DNA of 64,000 bases, taken from NCBI GenBank assembly GCA_965217585.1, contig OZ244561.1:3648001-3712000 (forward strand), given 5' to 3'. Made by a program: the position numbers and the translations under genes. Position 1 is the first letter of the stretch; each line of letters starts with the position of its first letter. This document shows positions 61,830 to 64,000 of this stretch, in pieces. The notes under the pieces are model-generated. The model did not search any database. It had not been told where the DNA came from and worked only from the letters and a program-made list of their open reading frames with translations. The DNA comes from Candidatus Latescibacterota bacterium. Its GTDB lineage: Bacteria; Latescibacterota; UBA2968; UBA8231.

Positions 61830-62249
61830 ATGGCTAAACGCGAGATCGCACGTGGAGGAGACGCGCTGCATCTGCGCCTCGATACCGCCGGAGGGGTGCC
61901 GATCTACCTGCAACTGATCGAGCAGATCAAGTATCACATCGCCACCGGCATCCTCAAAGCCGACGACGAGCTGCCCTCAGTGCGGACCCTGGCCAGCGCC
62001 CATTTGATCAACCCGAACACCGTCGCCCGCGCCTATCTCGAATTGGAGCGCGAGGGCGTCATCTACAAAAGGCGCGGCATGGGAACTTACGTCGCCGAAA
62101 AGGGGGTCTCTATGAGTACCGAAGAGCGGCTGAATATAGTTCGCAAGCTAATGGAAAAAGCACTGGTGGAAGGGACGCAGCTCGGGCTGGACGCGGCGAG
62201 TCTGCGCCGAGTGTTTGAGGAAACCTTAGAAAAATTCAGCAGCCAATAG
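61830..62249 (+). CDS. GntR family (YtrA subfamily) transcriptional regulator
   Basis: PIYLQLIEQI, LPSVRTLA, INPNTVARAY.ELE.EG, RGMGTYV; short C-terminus; precedes ABC genes. Confidence 0.95.
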   Translation: MAKREIARGGDALHLRLDTAGGVPIYLQLIEQIKYHIATGILKADDELPSVRTLASAHLINPNTVARAYLELEREGVIYKRRGMGTYVAEKGVSMSTEERLNIVRKLMEKALVEGTQLGLDAASLRRVFEETLEKFSSQ

Positions 62250-62260
62250 GAGAAGCGACT

Positions 62261-63157
62261 ATGGCAGCAGCGGCGATTCGCATCGCAGGCTTGGTTAAAA
62301 CCTTTGGCAACCACCAAGCGGTAGATGGGCTGGACTTGGAAGTGCCCCAGGGCAGCATCTTCGGCTTTTTAGGGCGCAACGGAGCCGGCAAGACCACGAC
62401 CATCAAAGTACTGATGAATATGCTCAAACCCACAGCCGGCACGGTGGAGGTGCTGGGCCAGGACCCGCACGTCCACGAAAAGGAACTCAAGGAGCGGGTA
62501 GGCTATATCTCGGACAATCCGGTGCTCTACGACTGGATGAAGGTCGAGGAGGTGGCGTGGTTTGCCGGGCAGTTGTATCCGCGCTGGGATCAGCAGAAGG
62601 TCGCCGCGTTGATTGAGCACTTCGGGCTGGACCCCAAGCAGAAGGTCAAGCACCTGTCGCGGGGCATGAATGCCCAACTCAATCTGGCTTTGGTGCTGGG
62701 CCATGACCCGGAGTTGTTGATCCTCGACGAGCCGGCTTCGGGGCTGGACGTGATTGTGCGCCGCGACGTGCTCGAAAGCATCATCCAAGTCATCAGCGCG
62801 GAAGGCCGGACGGTGTTTTTCTCGTCGCATTTAGTGCACGAAGTCGAACGGGTGGCCGACCAAGTCGCCATTATCGAACAGGGCAAGTTGCTGGTCTGCG
62901 GTGAGCTAGACGCGGTGCGGCAGCAGGTTAAGCGGGTGCTGGTGCGGACTGAGGGCACGGTGGATTTTGCCGGGGTGCCGGGGCTGCGCGGTGTGCAGGG
63001 CGAGGCCCGCCAGCGGCTCTTGACCATTTTCGACTACGGAGACGAGGCCAAAGCGCAGATCGAAGCGGCGGGCGGACAAGTTGTCGAGGTGATCGACTTG
63101 AGCTTAGAGGAGAGTTTCGTCGAACACGTGACGCCACAAGGGGAGCTTCCATCGTGA
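62261..63157 (+). CDS. ABC transporter ATP-binding protein (YtrB-like)
   Basis: GRNGAGKTT, LSRGM, ILDEP, SSH. Confidence 0.95.
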   Translation: MAAAAIRIAGLVKTFGNHQAVDGLDLEVPQGSIFGFLGRNGAGKTTTIKVLMNMLKPTAGTVEVLGQDPHVHEKELKERVGYISDNPVLYDWMKVEEVAWFAGQLYPRWDQQKVAALIEHFGLDPKQKVKHLSRGMNAQLNLALVLGHDPELLILDEPASGLDVIVRRDVLESIIQVISAEGRTVFFSSHLVHEVERVADQVAIIEQGKLLVCGELDAVRQQVKRVLVRTEGTVDFAGVPGLRGVQGEARQRLLTIFDYGDEAKAQIEAAGGQVVEVIDLSLEESFVEHVTPQGELPS

Positions 63158-64000
63158 GGGCTTGGCGCGCATTGCTGTGGAAGGAAAGCCGCGAGGAGCT
63201 GCCAAAGGTGCTGGTGGGGTTGGGGCTATGCGCGATGGTGGTGGCGCTGCGGCAGAACGCGGAATTCAACGAGGAATTTGCCCGAGACTTCGGGATGTGG
63301 ATTACGATCTCTATCTTGGTCTGCGGCGGCGCGCTGGGCATGGGCTTGGTCGCCAAGGAAAGCAGCAAGGGCACCTTGTCGTTTTTGCTGGGCAAGCCCC
63401 TGTCGGCAGCGGAAGTGTTGCTGCCCAAGTACGTCGTCGGCGCGGTGGCCCTGTTGGTGCTGGTTGCCGGGGCTTGGGCGACGGTGTATCTGGACTTGGA
63501 GGGGCTGGCGTCTAAGGGCTACAGCGTCTATAGCGGTGGTGGCGCTTGGTACCCCTCTGTAAAGCGGCTCGCCGAGGAGGTAGGCTATGTCAACATGTTG
63601 TTGGTCTCCCTTACGCCGGGGTTGATTGCCTACAGCGTGATATTCGCCAGCTCGACGGTGGCCGACCACCCGCTCAAGGGGGCGGCTGTGGGAACTTTGC
63701 TGCTGATCGTCTTGGTTCTAGCGACCGACAATGTGCTCCGGTATTTCCCTGCACTCAAGCCATTTTTCTCCATCAATCCAGGAATCAGCTTCCGGGGTAC
63801 GGTAGTCCGCATAGTGGGCGACCCGTGGGGCCTTTTGGTGCGGTTAGGTGCGACAGCGGCAGTGATGTCAGCGGGTGTGGCGGTTTCCATAGCGCTTTTT
63901 CGCCGCTTTCGAGGGGTCAGCATCGGCTGGAAGTCCACTATCATTGGCTGGCTGGCCCTGATCTCTTTCATAGCTGTGATGGATCTAACCTCTGAGCCTC
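63154..64000 (+). CDS. ABC-2 type permease (runs off the window end)
   Basis: GTG overlaps the ATPase stop; MRAWRALLWKESRE...KESSKGTLSFLLGKPLS..EVLLPK; multi-TM; open to 64000. Confidence 0.85.
   Translation, partial: MRAWRALLWKESREELPKVLVGLGLCAMVVALRQNAEFNEEFARDFGMWITISILVCGGALGMGLVAKESSKGTLSFLLGKPLSAAEVLLPKYVVGAVALLVLVAGAWATVYLDLEGLASKGYSVYSGGGAWYPSVKRLAEEVGYVNMLLVSLTPGLIAYSVIFASSTVADHPLKGAAVGTLLLIVLVLATDNVLRYFPALKPFFSINPGISFRGTVVRIVGDPWGLLVRLGATAAVMSAGVAVSIALFRRFRGVSIGWKSTIIGWLALISFIAVMDLTSEP

Overview
GC-rich bacterial chromosome window. By inference from gene content (SprA, many NYPNPFN/FlgD-Ig C-terminal-domain proteins, PhyH, sigma-54 motifs) it is probably from an FCB-superphylum lineage outside Bacteroidota, such as Latescibacterota or Gemmatimonadota-like. 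1-12 kb is a minus-strand tandem array of at least five paralogous secreted proteins (signal peptide, variable jelly-roll-like domain, FG-GAP repeats, T9SS/FlgD-type CTD). One array slot holds a TlpA-like gene that shares the family's leader and is followed by an orphan copy of the family's 3' end. Two duplicated sigma-54-type promoters in the array carry different triple-palindrome upstream sites. Next come an M16C peptidase, anmK, a PLP enzyme, a GtrA/GT22/TMTC-like glycosylation cluster, feoAB, and a tightly packed sprA-comEA-pilM-like-pilN-like-coaD-dprA operon divergent from lptFG. The second half has selA, a 6xLysM amidase, oxidoreductases, ATP-grasp/larE/def, tRNA-Asp, fbaB and PhyH. 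It ends with an Opp/Dpp-type ABC operon containing an orphan DNA methyltransferase split by an IS4-family element (19-bp TIR, 9-bp TSD), then glnB and a GntR(YtrA)-ABC operon running off the end. No CRISPR array, rRNA, reverse transcriptase or integrase was seen. All calls come from reading the sequence and ORF translations; no database searches were run.
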